A stretch of 55,656 nt of DNA from a virus (lineage: Duplodnaviria; Caudoviricetes): the IMG/VR virus record IMGVR_UViG_3300037882_002905, positions 1-55,656 of that record; one strand, written 5' to 3'. How positions within the stretch are numbered: position 1 is the stretch's first letter; each line of letters opens with the position of its first letter. A program made the translations under genes and the position numbers. Under the pieces are notes generated by a model, which searched no databases, was not told the origin of the DNA, and saw nothing but the letters and a program-made list of their open reading frames with translations. Below, piece by piece: positions 17,317 through 26,845 of this stretch.

Positions 17317-19262
17317 AATTTAATCAACTATCCGTTCAAAACTTCCTTGCGCTTGAAAGCGCCGTCATTCAGCTTAAGGATAAAGGCTTGCACCTGATCC
17401 AGGGCAAGAACAACGATGACAGCTCCGCGAGCAGCAACGGCGCTGGCAAGTCAAGTCTCGTTGATGCCCTGTGCTGGTGTCTGTTTGGCCAAACCGCCCG
17501 TGGCGTCAAGGGCGACACGGTGGTCAATCGTGCTGCAAAGAAAGACTGCCGCGTTCAGGTAACTTTCGAAGTCGGACACACGATCTACAGCGCCATTCGC
17601 CACCGCAAGCATGGCACGTTCAAGAACGGTCTGATCGTGGAAGTGCAAGGGGCAACACCGAGCGACCCGCCAGTGGATCTCTCGCGCGGAACTGACGCCG
17701 AGACGCAGAAGGTTCTTGAGAGCATTCTTGGATGCAGCTACGAGGTCTTCATGGCTGCTGTTTACAGTGGCCAGGAAGTGATGCCTGACCTGCCCCGAAT
17801 GAAAGACCGGGAACTGAAAACCCTGATCGAGGAGGCTGCCGGGCTGCAGCGCATTGAGCGAGCCTATGAGGAGTCACGTGCGAAGGCAGTATCCGTCAGC
17901 TCGGAAGTCACCAAGCTGACCGCCTCTCTTGAGTCTGCCAATGCAGAGAAGTCTCGCGCTGATGTGGCCCTTGTCGCCGCCACTGAGCAATTTGATGCTT
18001 GGGAGCTGGCACGAGGCGACCGGGTCGCTCAGGCACAGCGGCTCTGGGATGGTGAGAAGAATGCACTGGAGGCGACTGTCGATCTGGCGAAGTCAAAAGT
18101 TGCGGCGGCCACCATCGCAGCCACCACGATCAAGGAGATCGATGAAAAGCTGTCGGGTCACAAGACCATTGAGACGAACGCAGTAGCTGCCGAGCGCGAG
18201 GCCCAAGCTGCCGAGCTTGCGCTTAATCCCGCAGGGTTGCGTACCGCGAAAGCAGCCGTCGAGCGAATCGAAGGACTGATCGCCAATGCTGAGTCAGAGA
18301 TCAGCAAGCCATGTTCCGAATGTGGCACGGTTCTGAAAACCATGCCTGTCGAGGAGTACATCGCTCACCGAGAAAAGCATCTGATCGCCGCCAAGCGGGC
18401 TCTTGAGGATGCGACTGTCAAGGAAGAGGCACAGAAGACGGTTGTGCTGGCTAAGAAGGAAATTGCCTCGCAACTCCGCAAGCTCGTCCCGGATGTCAGT
18501 GCGCTGATCGCCGAGCGGGCTGTAAAGAATGCCGAAGTTGTGGCGTTTAAGAAGATTCACAGCGACATTGAAACCCTCAAGCGGAACACGGCTGCATACT
18601 TTGATCAGGCTTCGGCTCGTTCTACAGAGGCGAACCCACACGCATCTGCAAAGGCAGGCTGCGAGACTCGCGTAGAGAATGCCAGCAACAACGTGGCATC
18701 TGTTCTCACCAGCCTGAAAATATCTCAGGCGAATCTTGCGGTGGCGGCCGCGGTAGTCAAGGTGTTTGGACCCGCTGGCGTGCGCGCTCAAATCCTTGAT
18801 ACGGTCACTCCGTTCTTGAACGATCGCACGGCAGATTACCTCAGTATTCTTTCGGACGGCGAAATCACAGCCACCTGGACAACACTCACCAAGAGCGCCA
18901 GCGGCGACCTCAAGGAGAAGTTCAGCATCGATGTGACCCATGCTAAGGGTGGCGACTCATTCGCCGAGCTCTCGGGCGGAGAGAAGCGCAAGGTGCGCCT
19001 CGCCACCGCACTGGCTCTGCAAGACCTCGTGGCATCCCGGGCGACACAGCCGATCGACCTGTTCATTGGCGACGAAATTGATGATGCGCTAGACCCTGCG
19101 GGCCTAGAGCGACTGATGACAATCTTAGAACGCAAAGCACGAGAGCGGGGCACTGTCCTCGTGATCAGCCATAGCGACCTGCGGGATTGGATCGACAACG
19201 TGACAATCGTCACCAAGTCGGAACTCTGGAAATCAACTGTCGAAGGATCATTATGTTCGTGA
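17313..19262 (+). CDS. SbcC/Rad50-like SMC ATPase
   Basis: NGAGKS Walker A, coiled coils with CSEC hook, LSGGE signature, DE..D.LD, ISH. Confidence 0.92.
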   Translation: MKFNQLSVQNFLALESAVIQLKDKGLHLIQGKNNDDSSASSNGAGKSSLVDALCWCLFGQTARGVKGDTVVNRAAKKDCRVQVTFEVGHTIYSAIRHRKHGTFKNGLIVEVQGATPSDPPVDLSRGTDAETQKVLESILGCSYEVFMAAVYSGQEVMPDLPRMKDRELKTLIEEAAGLQRIERAYEESRAKAVSVSSEVTKLTASLESANAEKSRADVALVAATEQFDAWELARGDRVAQAQRLWDGEKNALEATVDLAKSKVAAATIAATTIKEIDEKLSGHKTIETNAVAAEREAQAAELALNPAGLRTAKAAVERIEGLIANAESEISKPCSECGTVLKTMPVEEYIAHREKHLIAAKRALEDATVKEEAQKTVVLAKKEIASQLRKLVPDVSALIAERAVKNAEVVAFKKIHSDIETLKRNTAAYFDQASARSTEANPHASAKAGCETRVENASNNVASVLTSLKISQANLAVAAAVVKVFGPAGVRAQILDTVTPFLNDRTADYLSILSDGEITATWTTLTKSASGDLKEKFSIDVTHAKGGDSFAELSGGEKRKVRLATALALQDLVASRATQPIDLFIGDEIDDALDPAGLERLMTILERKARERGTVLVISHSDLRDWIDNVTIVTKSELWKSTVEGSLCS

Positions 19263-19735
19263 GTAAACATGAGCTGGCATCTGAGCCAACTTTAGGGAAA
19301 CAGATTCGTAACTGGGCCGCAAACCTGAACTTGGCAGCCAAGGGCGCGGGCGCTCCGACGTTCAAGATATCTGGCCCCTGCCAGTTGAACACTCGCCAGA
19401 GGCGCCCGGGAGTTCCCACGGGCATGGAAAACTACATGGGTGGGGAGGAGTTTAGGATTTCCTCAATCTTCACCGAAGAGAACCATAAGTGCGATGGATT
19501 CAATGTGAATGTCATCTTCACGCCGGTGGATATGAAGCTGGTGCAGTACATTGTTGGCATCACCATGCCTCTGGAAGATGCCATTGTCACGTTCGACGGT
19601 TTCGAGGAGTGGACGAAGACCTCAGCAATCGAATCGAAGGCGAGCAAGAGCGTAAAGGAGCATGAGCGCGAAGCTATCGCGGCGCTGCCTACCGTGGAAG
19701 AGACCCGCTCAGGCGAATCTTGGGGCGCATGGTAA
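19253..19735 (+). CDS. Hypothetical protein (ends WGAW)
   Basis: AAGGA RBS before ATG 19253. Confidence 0.65.
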   Translation: MFVSKHELASEPTLGKQIRNWAANLNLAAKGAGAPTFKISGPCQLNTRQRRPGVPTGMENYMGGEEFRISSIFTEENHKCDGFNVNVIFTPVDMKLVQYIVGITMPLEDAIVTFDGFEEWTKTSAIESKASKSVKEHEREAIAALPTVEETRSGESWGAW

Positions 19736-20106
19736 TGGCATCCATGACACACGAAAAGATTGCCCGTAATCGGTACAACATCCAGGTTGGCCAAGAGATT
19801 TTGTTTGTGCCTCATCGCTATCAGAGTCGCGATAAGCCTAAGTTGATGGTTGTCGAAACTGTCGGAACGCGATGGGCTCAACTGGAAGGCGGCCCCCGTT
19901 TCGACATCGAAACGCTGGAGGTTGATGGTGGCAACTATTCGTCGCCAGGTAGTGTCAAGCTTTCGTCCGCGCTATATGAAGAGGAGATGAAGCGCATGGC
20001 GATACTTCAGGAGATTCGCCTGCTTGCAGAGTACTCCAATTCGAAAACCTGTCTTGCTACGACGAAAGAGCTGGAAGACTTTGCTGATCTATTAAGGAAA
20101 AAATGA
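19735..20106 (+). CDS. Hypothetical protein
   Basis: TAATG coupling to the upstream gene. Confidence 0.65.
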   Translation: MASMTHEKIARNRYNIQVGQEILFVPHRYQSRDKPKLMVVETVGTRWAQLEGGPRFDIETLEVDGGNYSSPGSVKLSSALYEEEMKRMAILQEIRLLAEYSNSKTCLATTKELEDFADLLRKK

Positions 20107-20684
20107 GCACGATACGAATAATTGGACTTGACCCTTCCCTGCGAAACACCGGGGTGGCTATCGCAGACTACAGTCTGACGACAGGCAAGCTAGACCTTGT
20201 GGACTTGATACTGATTCAGACAGAGAAAATGGAAGATGGAACGAAGGTTCGTCAAACCTCGGATGACTTGAAGTGTGCTCAGCACATCATCCGGTCGCTC
20301 CGAAAAATCGTTGCTGACCATAAGCCTGTCATTGCTGCGTCTGAAATCTCCGTGTTCAGCAAGTCAGCGCGCGCCATGCTCACCAACGGGATATGTGTAG
20401 GCGTTCTGGCCAGTATCCCTGTTCCGGTTATCGAGGTTCACCTTCTGGAGGTCAAGAGGGCTGCAGGTGGCGAGAAAACGTCCAGCAAGGACTTCATGGT
20501 TCAGTGGGCTGTAGGGCAATGGCCCAATGCCAACTGGCGCACCCGCAAACTCAAGGGCGATGTAGTTCTTCTGAAGGAGAACGAGCACCTGGCTGACGCC
20601 TGTGCTGCCATCTCCGCAGGAATTTTGACAAGTCAGTTCTCTCAGGCTACAGCCATGATGATAGCTATGACGAAAGCCGCCTGA
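20103..20684 (+). CDS. RuvC-like Holliday junction resolvase
   Basis: IIGLDPSLRNTG, conserved E, VK.AAGG...SK, EHLADA. Confidence 0.8.
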   Translation: MSTIRIIGLDPSLRNTGVAIADYSLTTGKLDLVDLILIQTEKMEDGTKVRQTSDDLKCAQHIIRSLRKIVADHKPVIAASEISVFSKSARAMLTNGICVGVLASIPVPVIEVHLLEVKRAAGGEKTSSKDFMVQWAVGQWPNANWRTRKLKGDVVLLKENEHLADACAAISAGILTSQFSQATAMMIAMTKAA

Positions 20685-20899
20685 TGTCAGTTATCCTTAA
20701 GCTGACCGAAGTGCAGGCAGACTGGCGGGACGGGTTTGTTACCCTTCGTCTGGAGGCTATTGTCCCGGTCGGACAGGGAAACGCCTTGCATGATCTGATG
20801 CTTAATCACTCCATCGTTGAGGATTGGGTTCTTTCAAGGTACACACCGCCAGCTATAAGCACAATAGAGGCGACACCGCAAATGGTAGACACGTGGTGA
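20684..20899 (+). CDS. Hypothetical protein (ends DTW)
   Basis: TGATG coupling. Confidence 0.55.
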   Translation: MSVILKLTEVQADWRDGFVTLRLEAIVPVGQGNALHDLMLNHSIVEDWVLSRYTPPAISTIEATPQMVDTW

Positions 20900-20927
20900 T
20901 CGCCTAAATCTCTCCGCTTATATGGTC

Positions 20928-20941
20928 AGTCATCGCTGACT
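20928..20941. promoter_or_regulatory. AGTCA-N4-TGACT operator upstream of nrdA
   Basis: AGTCA-tcgc-TGACT. Confidence 0.7.
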
Positions 20942-20983
20942 AACGTAAGATCGGTCTCCATTATTTAACAACCAGGAAAGAAA

Positions 20984-23236
20984 ATGAACGTCATTAAACG
21001 GGATGGCTCGGCAGAGCTTTTTGATTCAGCAAAGATCGAACGCCTCAATGAGTATGCGACAAGGGGTCTTAACGTGGACCTGGACCTGTTGCGCAGGCAG
21101 ATCACGCTTCTTGTCTACGAAGGCATGAGCACGGCTGATATCTTCCAGACCCAGATTAAGGCTGCCGCCGGTCTGATTAGCCGCGAAAACCCAAATTTCA
21201 CTTACGTCGCCGCCCGCTACTTGCTGGCAGATACCAGCAAGCGCGCGAATGGCAGTGCCTTTTATCCGCACTTGAGCCAGACTGTTGAGCGAGGCATCAA
21301 GGCCGGCCGCTACAACCCGGCACTCGGGAACACTTTCAATCTTGATCACCTGAACGACGCCATCAAGGTTGAGCGCGACTTTCAGTTCGACTACATCGGC
21401 CTGCAGAACATCGTGGATCGCTATTTGATCCGTGACTTTGATCAGAATCTGATCGAGATGCCGCAGCACTTTTTCATGCGCGTGGCAATGGGTCTGTCTT
21501 TGAATGAAGAGTACCCGACGGCCTATGCGATTCACTTCTACGACCTGTTGTCTTCCTTTGACTTCATGTCCAGCACCCCTACGCTGTTCAATTCCGGGAC
21601 TCTGCACAGCCAGCTCTCCAGTTGTTACCTGAACACTGTGGCAGATCAGATCAGTGCCGAGGGTGGTGAGAACCGTTTCGCCAGTATCTTCGGCACCATT
21701 GAGGAGTCGGCTCGTTTGAGCAAGTTTGCTGGCGGCATTGGAACCAGCTGGACTCGGGTGCGTGGCGCTGGTAGCAATATCAAGTCCACCAACGGCAGGT
21801 CAAGCGGTGTTGTTCCATATCTCAAGGTTTACAACGACACAGCCGTCGCTGTGAATCAAGGCGGCAAGCGCAAGGGCTCTTTCGCGCCGTACCTTGAGCC
21901 GTGGCATCCCGACTTCATGGACTTCTGTGAACTCAAGAAGGAGTTCGGTGATGATCGCCTGCGGGCTCACGACATCTTCCCGGCCGCATGGATTCCTGAC
22001 CTGTTCATGAAGCGTGCCACAGAAGGCGGTGTTTGGTCATTCTTTCAGCCTAACGTCTGCCCTGAACTGCATGAACTCTATGGCGAAGCCTTCGATGCTC
22101 GCTACAAAGAACTTGAAGCCGCTGGCAAGTTCGTCAAGCAATTGCCAGCCATTCAGGTCTGGAAGCACATCTTGACGAACCTGTTTGAAACTGGCCACCC
22201 TTGGGTCACCTTCAAGGACGAGTGCAATCGTCGCAGCCCTCAAGACCATGTCGGCGTGGTGCATAGCTCCAACCTGTGTACGGAGATCACCCTCAATACA
22301 TCTGACACCGAAACCGCCGTCTGCAACCTCGGCTCTATCAACCTATCTCGCCACATCAAGTACGGAACGATTGACCACGAGAAGATTGGCCAAACCGTTG
22401 GGCTGGCCATTCGGATGCTGGACAACGTGATCGACCTGAATTACTACCCGTCCGATCGGGCACGAGCCTCCAATATGCGACACAGGCCCATCGGCCTCGG
22501 GATTATGGGCGAGACGGAAGCCAAGATCGCTTGCGGTATCGCCTTCGACAGCGAGGCCGGCCTTGATTTCTCTGACGCCGTGATGGAGCGAATCAGCTAC
22601 GAAGCAATCTCGGCCTCCAGCAAGTTGGCGCGCGAGCGCGGCTCATATGGTTCGTTCAAGGGCTCCAAGTGGGAGCGAGGCATTCTGCCCATTCACACCG
22701 CCCGGAGCCAGAACTCAATCTTGAGGCTTGATTGGGATTCACTGGCCAAGAAAGTGTCTCGCAACGGCATGCGCAACTCAAACCTGATGGCAATTGCCCC
22801 AACGGCCACGATTTCCGTGGTCTGTGGGACAGAACCTTCTTGTGAGCCGATCTTCGAGCTGGAGCGCACTGAAGGCAACATCAGCGCCAGCTTCAAGGTT
22901 ATCAGCCCGGCTCTTCGCTTGACCAGCAACCCGGCGCTCCTGAAGACTGTGTGGGATATCGAGCCTGTTTGGGTGATCAAGTCTGCCGCCCGCCGTCAGA
23001 AGTGGATCGACCAAGGCCAATCCATCAACGTCTTCATCAAGGACGGCACAAGGGGGCGTGACTTGTCAGAAATCTACGTCATGGCATGGCAAGAAGGCTT
23101 GAAGACCACCTATTACTTGCGCAGCCAGACTAAGAAGAAGGCTGTTCCGGGAACCCTCTTGACGCAAGCTATTGCCCAGCCTGAGAGCGCCAACTTCTGC
23201 AGTATCGACACGCCAGATTGCGAGGCATGTCAATGA
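20984..23236 (+). CDS. nrdA: Class I ribonucleotide reductase alpha subunit with ATP cone
   Basis: VIKRDG, STPTLFN, LSSC, SNLCTEI, CNLGS, APTAT, KTTYY, C-terminal CEAC. Confidence 0.95.
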   Translation: MNVIKRDGSAELFDSAKIERLNEYATRGLNVDLDLLRRQITLLVYEGMSTADIFQTQIKAAAGLISRENPNFTYVAARYLLADTSKRANGSAFYPHLSQTVERGIKAGRYNPALGNTFNLDHLNDAIKVERDFQFDYIGLQNIVDRYLIRDFDQNLIEMPQHFFMRVAMGLSLNEEYPTAYAIHFYDLLSSFDFMSSTPTLFNSGTLHSQLSSCYLNTVADQISAEGGENRFASIFGTIEESARLSKFAGGIGTSWTRVRGAGSNIKSTNGRSSGVVPYLKVYNDTAVAVNQGGKRKGSFAPYLEPWHPDFMDFCELKKEFGDDRLRAHDIFPAAWIPDLFMKRATEGGVWSFFQPNVCPELHELYGEAFDARYKELEAAGKFVKQLPAIQVWKHILTNLFETGHPWVTFKDECNRRSPQDHVGVVHSSNLCTEITLNTSDTETAVCNLGSINLSRHIKYGTIDHEKIGQTVGLAIRMLDNVIDLNYYPSDRARASNMRHRPIGLGIMGETEAKIACGIAFDSEAGLDFSDAVMERISYEAISASSKLARERGSYGSFKGSKWERGILPIHTARSQNSILRLDWDSLAKKVSRNGMRNSNLMAIAPTATISVVCGTEPSCEPIFELERTEGNISASFKVISPALRLTSNPALLKTVWDIEPVWVIKSAARRQKWIDQGQSINVFIKDGTRGRDLSEIYVMAWQEGLKTTYYLRSQTKKKAVPGTLLTQAIAQPESANFCSIDTPDCEACQ

Positions 23237-23269
23237 AAGACCTGAATCCCGTTTCCATCTAATCAAAAC

Positions 23270-23294
23270 AGGCTCCGTAACTGGAGCCTTTTTT
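23270..23294 (+). terminator. Terminator-like hairpin between nrdA and nrdB
   Basis: aggctcc-gtaact-ggagcct followed by a T run. Confidence 0.65.
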
Positions 23295-23313
23295 CCCATG
23301 AGAAAGTACAAGC

Positions 23314-24318
23314 ATGACAAAGAACACAACACAGATCACCAATGATCGCCGAATCGCTTTCGGGCCACCGGACCGCATGATGAATATGTCCAGGGTGAAG
23401 TACCAGTGGGCGATTGAAATCTACGACCGCATGGAGTCGAACACTTGGTTCCCCAAGTCCATCCCGCTCGGTGGAGACCGCATCTGCTATCGCGGCGGCC
23501 AGCTGAGCGAGCGCGAGAAGTCTGCCTATGACAAGGCGCTGGCATTTGTTTCCAACCTGGACGGCATTCAGTTCAACAACCTGATCCACAACATCGGCCA
23601 GCATGTCACCGCCCCCGAGGTTAGCCTTGCATTGGCTCGCCAGGCATCGGAGGAGGGCGTTCACGTTCGCTCCTACCAGATGCTGATCGATGCCGTCTCC
23701 CTAGACCCGGAATCGGTCTACATGATGTTCCAGCGCGATGGCGTTCTGGCGCAGAAGAACGAGTTCATTATGCGGCAGTCCGATGTACTGCGTGGCGATC
23801 CTAGCCCTGAGAACTTTGCTCGCGCCATCGTCAGCAATGTGATCCTTGAAGGCGTCTACTTTTACACTGCCTTTTTGGTCTTCTACACGCTGGCCAGGAA
23901 CGGAAAAATGCTGGCTAGCTCCGACATGATCAAGTACATCAACCGCGACGAAGGTGGAACCCACCTTGACTTGTTCACAAACATGCACCATGCGTTCCAC
24001 GCAGAGAACCCGCATCTGTATGACGCTCAGTTCGTGGCAGACGCCCACAAGCTGTTCCGGGACGCAACTGAGCTGGAGATCAACTGGGGCCGGTACATCA
24101 TCGGCGGCGGCTTTCTCGGACTCACAGACGCGATGATGACCGACTTCCCAAAGCATCGCGCCAATCTATGTTCGATCAAATTGGGCCTAGGGCCAGTCTA
24201 TCCCGACATCGCTGACCCGGCGCCGTGGTTCGAAGGCTTCTCGGAGCCCGGCGGCCGGCAAAACTTTTTCGAGCGCCGTGTCACGGACTATCAGGCAACA
24301 GGCTTGGAGTGGGATTGA
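23314..24318 (+). CDS. nrdB: Ribonucleotide reductase beta subunit
   Basis: LDGIQ, EEGVHVRSY, LEGVYFY, RDEGGTH, NFFE..VTDY. Confidence 0.93.
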   Translation: MTKNTTQITNDRRIAFGPPDRMMNMSRVKYQWAIEIYDRMESNTWFPKSIPLGGDRICYRGGQLSEREKSAYDKALAFVSNLDGIQFNNLIHNIGQHVTAPEVSLALARQASEEGVHVRSYQMLIDAVSLDPESVYMMFQRDGVLAQKNEFIMRQSDVLRGDPSPENFARAIVSNVILEGVYFYTAFLVFYTLARNGKMLASSDMIKYINRDEGGTHLDLFTNMHHAFHAENPHLYDAQFVADAHKLFRDATELEINWGRYIIGGGFLGLTDAMMTDFPKHRANLCSIKLGLGPVYPDIADPAPWFEGFSEPGGRQNFFERRVTDYQATGLEWD

Positions 24319-24357
24319 CCTTTGCCTAATAAGGTTCGCGTGATCCGACTGACTGCT

Positions 24358-24389
24358 CACTATAATGATGCAGTCAGTCAGCACTGACT
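24358..24389 (+). promoter_or_regulatory. CACTATAAT promoter plus operator
   Basis: TATAAT 24361-24366; AGTCA-gcac-TGACT 24376-24389. Confidence 0.75.
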
Positions 24390-24494
24390 CTAAAACTGAA
24401 TGGCGCAACCCAGTGTTGCAGCCGATCAGACCCGACCAGTGCCGAGACCTCGCTCTCAAAATTCATTTATCAACCCGCTAACGAAAGCACCCAA

Positions 24495-24887
24495 ATGGCA
24501 GATATTCGCAAGTTCACAGGTTTTGTCGCTATCGATGGAACAACCCACACGACGATCAAGGCAGCGATCGAACACACCCGCGCATTCAAAATCAAGGAAG
24601 CATTGAAGGCTTTTGAGCCACTGCTTGCTTGTTCGAAGAAAAGCGAAGAGTCAGGCGTCGATGAGGACGACGGCGGTAACCTAGCGATCTATCCATCAGG
24701 TCTGCCCGCCTTTCTGTTTAACAACCGTGAAGCCATCATGGCCGCATTCAATCAAGAAGCGGTGATCCGCGCACCACGCAAAACACGCTCGCCCAAAGAG
24801 AATGCCGGGTCTACGACAGATGCTGCCATCTCTGCACAGGCAGCAGCGGCGATTGCGGACGCAGCGGCTGCTGCTGCATCTGCTTAA
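24495..24887 (+). CDS. Hypothetical protein
   Basis: Follows both promoter-motif classes (24361 and 24442). Confidence 0.7.
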   Translation: MADIRKFTGFVAIDGTTHTTIKAAIEHTRAFKIKEALKAFEPLLACSKKSEESGVDEDDGGNLAIYPSGLPAFLFNNREAIMAAFNQEAVIRAPRKTRSPKENAGSTTDAAISAQAAAAIADAAAAAASA

Positions 24888-24888
24888 G

Positions 24889-24981
24889 GTGGTATTCGCT
24901 GGCGTTTTGGCTGTCATCACCTTGATGGCCATTGCCTTCTGGGCGGGTATGCGCTTTGAGCGCTTCATCCGAAGTATCTGA
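24889..24981 (+). CDS. Possible 30-aa hydrophobic peptide (not in ORF track)
   Basis: GTG start; VVFAGVLAVITLMAIAFWAGMRFERFIRSI; poor RBS. Confidence 0.35.
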   Translation: MVFAGVLAVITLMAIAFWAGMRFERFIRSI

Positions 24982-24982
24982 G

Positions 24983-25071
24983 GCAGCCGGGAAGCCGGCT
25001 GTCATTCGGGAGTGACTTGGACCAACTGCACTACTCCACCCTAGGCAGCTAGGTTACTCCCGAATGGCGGC
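24983..25071 (+). ncRNA. Structured RNA element upstream of the RNA ligase
   Basis: Uninterrupted 23-bp helix 24998-25020/25049-25071 with 5 G-U pairs; competing hairpin gcagccgg-gaag-ccggctgt. Confidence 0.55.
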
Positions 25072-25107
25072 GCTGTAGCGTCACATGAAATTTAACCGAG
25101 GAAAAAC

Positions 25108-26343
25108 ATGAGTCAATTTGAGTGCCCAGTCGTCCGTGTGACGATTGAACCCCATGACAATGCAGACAGCTTGGAGATCGCTCGTGTTGGCGGCTTCATG
25201 TCTATCGTGAAGAAAGGCCAGTTCAAGACCGATGAACTGGCTGTGTATCTTCCGGAGCAGTCAGTGCTGCCTGAATGGCTGTTGAAGCACATGGGTATGT
25301 GGGACGAAATCAACGGCAAGGGCAAGCTCAGCGGAAGCGCCGGCAACCGCATCAAGGCAATCAAGCTGCGCGGTGTGTTGAGCCAGGGTATTTTGGTTGG
25401 TGGGCCGCAAAAGAGTTATGGGGCGGTCAACCCGGCCCATGCCATGTTGCCGATTCATTTCATTTCTGAGCATGGGACGCCAGCCGGCTCATACGATGCA
25501 CACGTATGCCTGAGTGAGGGCGAGTGTGCTGCGGAAGTTATGGGCGTCACCAAATACGAACCCAAAGTGCCGGCCAATATGGCAGGCCGCATTGCTGGTG
25601 GCGACCTAGATGCCACGATTGGCTACGACTTCGAGAACATCAAGAAGTTTCCTAGCCTATTCGAGGATGGCGAACTGGTGGCGATGACTGAAAAGATCCA
25701 CGGGACGTTTGTTCAGATCGGCCTCATCCCGGAAGCAATCTGGTCAGGCAAGGCTTGGGCCGACAAGATGGCTGACATCATGTTCGGTGACCTCAAGTAC
25801 AAGGCCGTTGTAACCAGTAAAGGCCAGGGCGCCAAGGGTCTGCTTCTGGACACTACCGACACTGGCAACCTGTACGTCAAGATCGCCAGCGAACTGCTGC
25901 TCTGGAACCGCTTACTGACGCTGCGCCAGGAGCTTGGCTTGCCAAACGATAAGCCAATCTTTCTGCTCGGTGAAATCTTTGGCCCAGGTGTTCAAGACGG
26001 ATTTACCTACGGGCAGGGCGGACATACATTTCGGGCGTTCGACATCTATGTTGGCACTCGTAGCGATGGCTACTTTGTTGATTACCACGCCATGATCGCG
26101 CTATGTGGAGATGCTGGCGTGGATATGGTTCCCCTGCTGTATTTTGGCCCATTTACTGCAGCCGCACTGGCGATGCACACAGATGGCGAAACGCGAATGA
26201 CCAGCTCCAACCCACACATGCGCGAAGGCGTTGTGGTTAAGGCAGTAAGTGAGGCGCGTCACCCTCGATATGGACGCAAGATCGCCAAGAGCGTCAGCGA
26301 AGCCTACCTCCTGCGCAAGGGCGCAACAACAGAATTTAACTGA
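25108..26343 (+). CDS. ATP-dependent RNA ligase, DRB0094-like, with N-terminal tRNA-binding-type OB fold
   Basis: IEPHDNADSLE..., IKLRGVLSQG, motif I EKIHGT, GEIFG, FDI, EGVVVK, K.VS..YL. Confidence 0.88.
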   Translation: MSQFECPVVRVTIEPHDNADSLEIARVGGFMSIVKKGQFKTDELAVYLPEQSVLPEWLLKHMGMWDEINGKGKLSGSAGNRIKAIKLRGVLSQGILVGGPQKSYGAVNPAHAMLPIHFISEHGTPAGSYDAHVCLSEGECAAEVMGVTKYEPKVPANMAGRIAGGDLDATIGYDFENIKKFPSLFEDGELVAMTEKIHGTFVQIGLIPEAIWSGKAWADKMADIMFGDLKYKAVVTSKGQGAKGLLLDTTDTGNLYVKIASELLLWNRLLTLRQELGLPNDKPIFLLGEIFGPGVQDGFTYGQGGHTFRAFDIYVGTRSDGYFVDYHAMIALCGDAGVDMVPLLYFGPFTAAALAMHTDGETRMTSSNPHMREGVVVKAVSEARHPRYGRKIAKSVSEAYLLRKGATTEFN

Positions 26344-26351
26344 AGGAAAAT

Positions 26352-26843
26352 ATGAAGACACTACAACTCGGCCATAAGCTCAAGGACTCCATCTCGGGGT
26401 TCGCCGGCATCGCCCAAAGCCACACGCTGTTCCTCACCGGGAATGAGCAGTTCACCTTGATGGCTCCTCTTGCCAAAGATGGCAAGCTGCTTGAAGCGTC
26501 CTTTGATACTCTGCAGCTGGACTACGTCAGTCCCGGCAATGTGAATCGCGTGGTTCAGGCCCCGGCTGATACTGGCATCGAGCTCGGCTGGAAAGTCGAA
26601 GACATCGTGACTGGCTTTCAGGGCATCGCGGTTCATCGCGTCACGTTCATCAACGGATGCGTGTACTTCACCGTCGTCTCCAAGATCACTCCTGACAACA
26701 AGGGGGCAGATGAGATGTTCCTCGAATACAAGCGCCTGAAAAAGGTCAGCGCTGGCGTGAGTGTTGCTATCGCCAACAAAGAACCAAGTGGCGACGCTAA
26801 GCCGCCGGGCGGCCCCGCGTACAGCGTTCCACGTCGAGGTTAA
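26352..26843 (+). CDS. Hypothetical protein with two tandem homologous small beta domains
   Basis: LGHKLKDSISGFAGIA and LGWKVEDIVTGFQGIA. Confidence 0.75.
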   Translation: MKTLQLGHKLKDSISGFAGIAQSHTLFLTGNEQFTLMAPLAKDGKLLEASFDTLQLDYVSPGNVNRVVQAPADTGIELGWKVEDIVTGFQGIAVHRVTFINGCVYFTVVSKITPDNKGADEMFLEYKRLKKVSAGVSVAIANKEPSGDAKPPGGPAYSVPRRG

Positions 26844-26845
26844 AA

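Noticed and set aside
5980-23236. Inteins or introns in DnaE, RecA or NrdA
   Set aside because: Protein lengths are normal, frames are continuous, and no intein C...HN motifs were seen.
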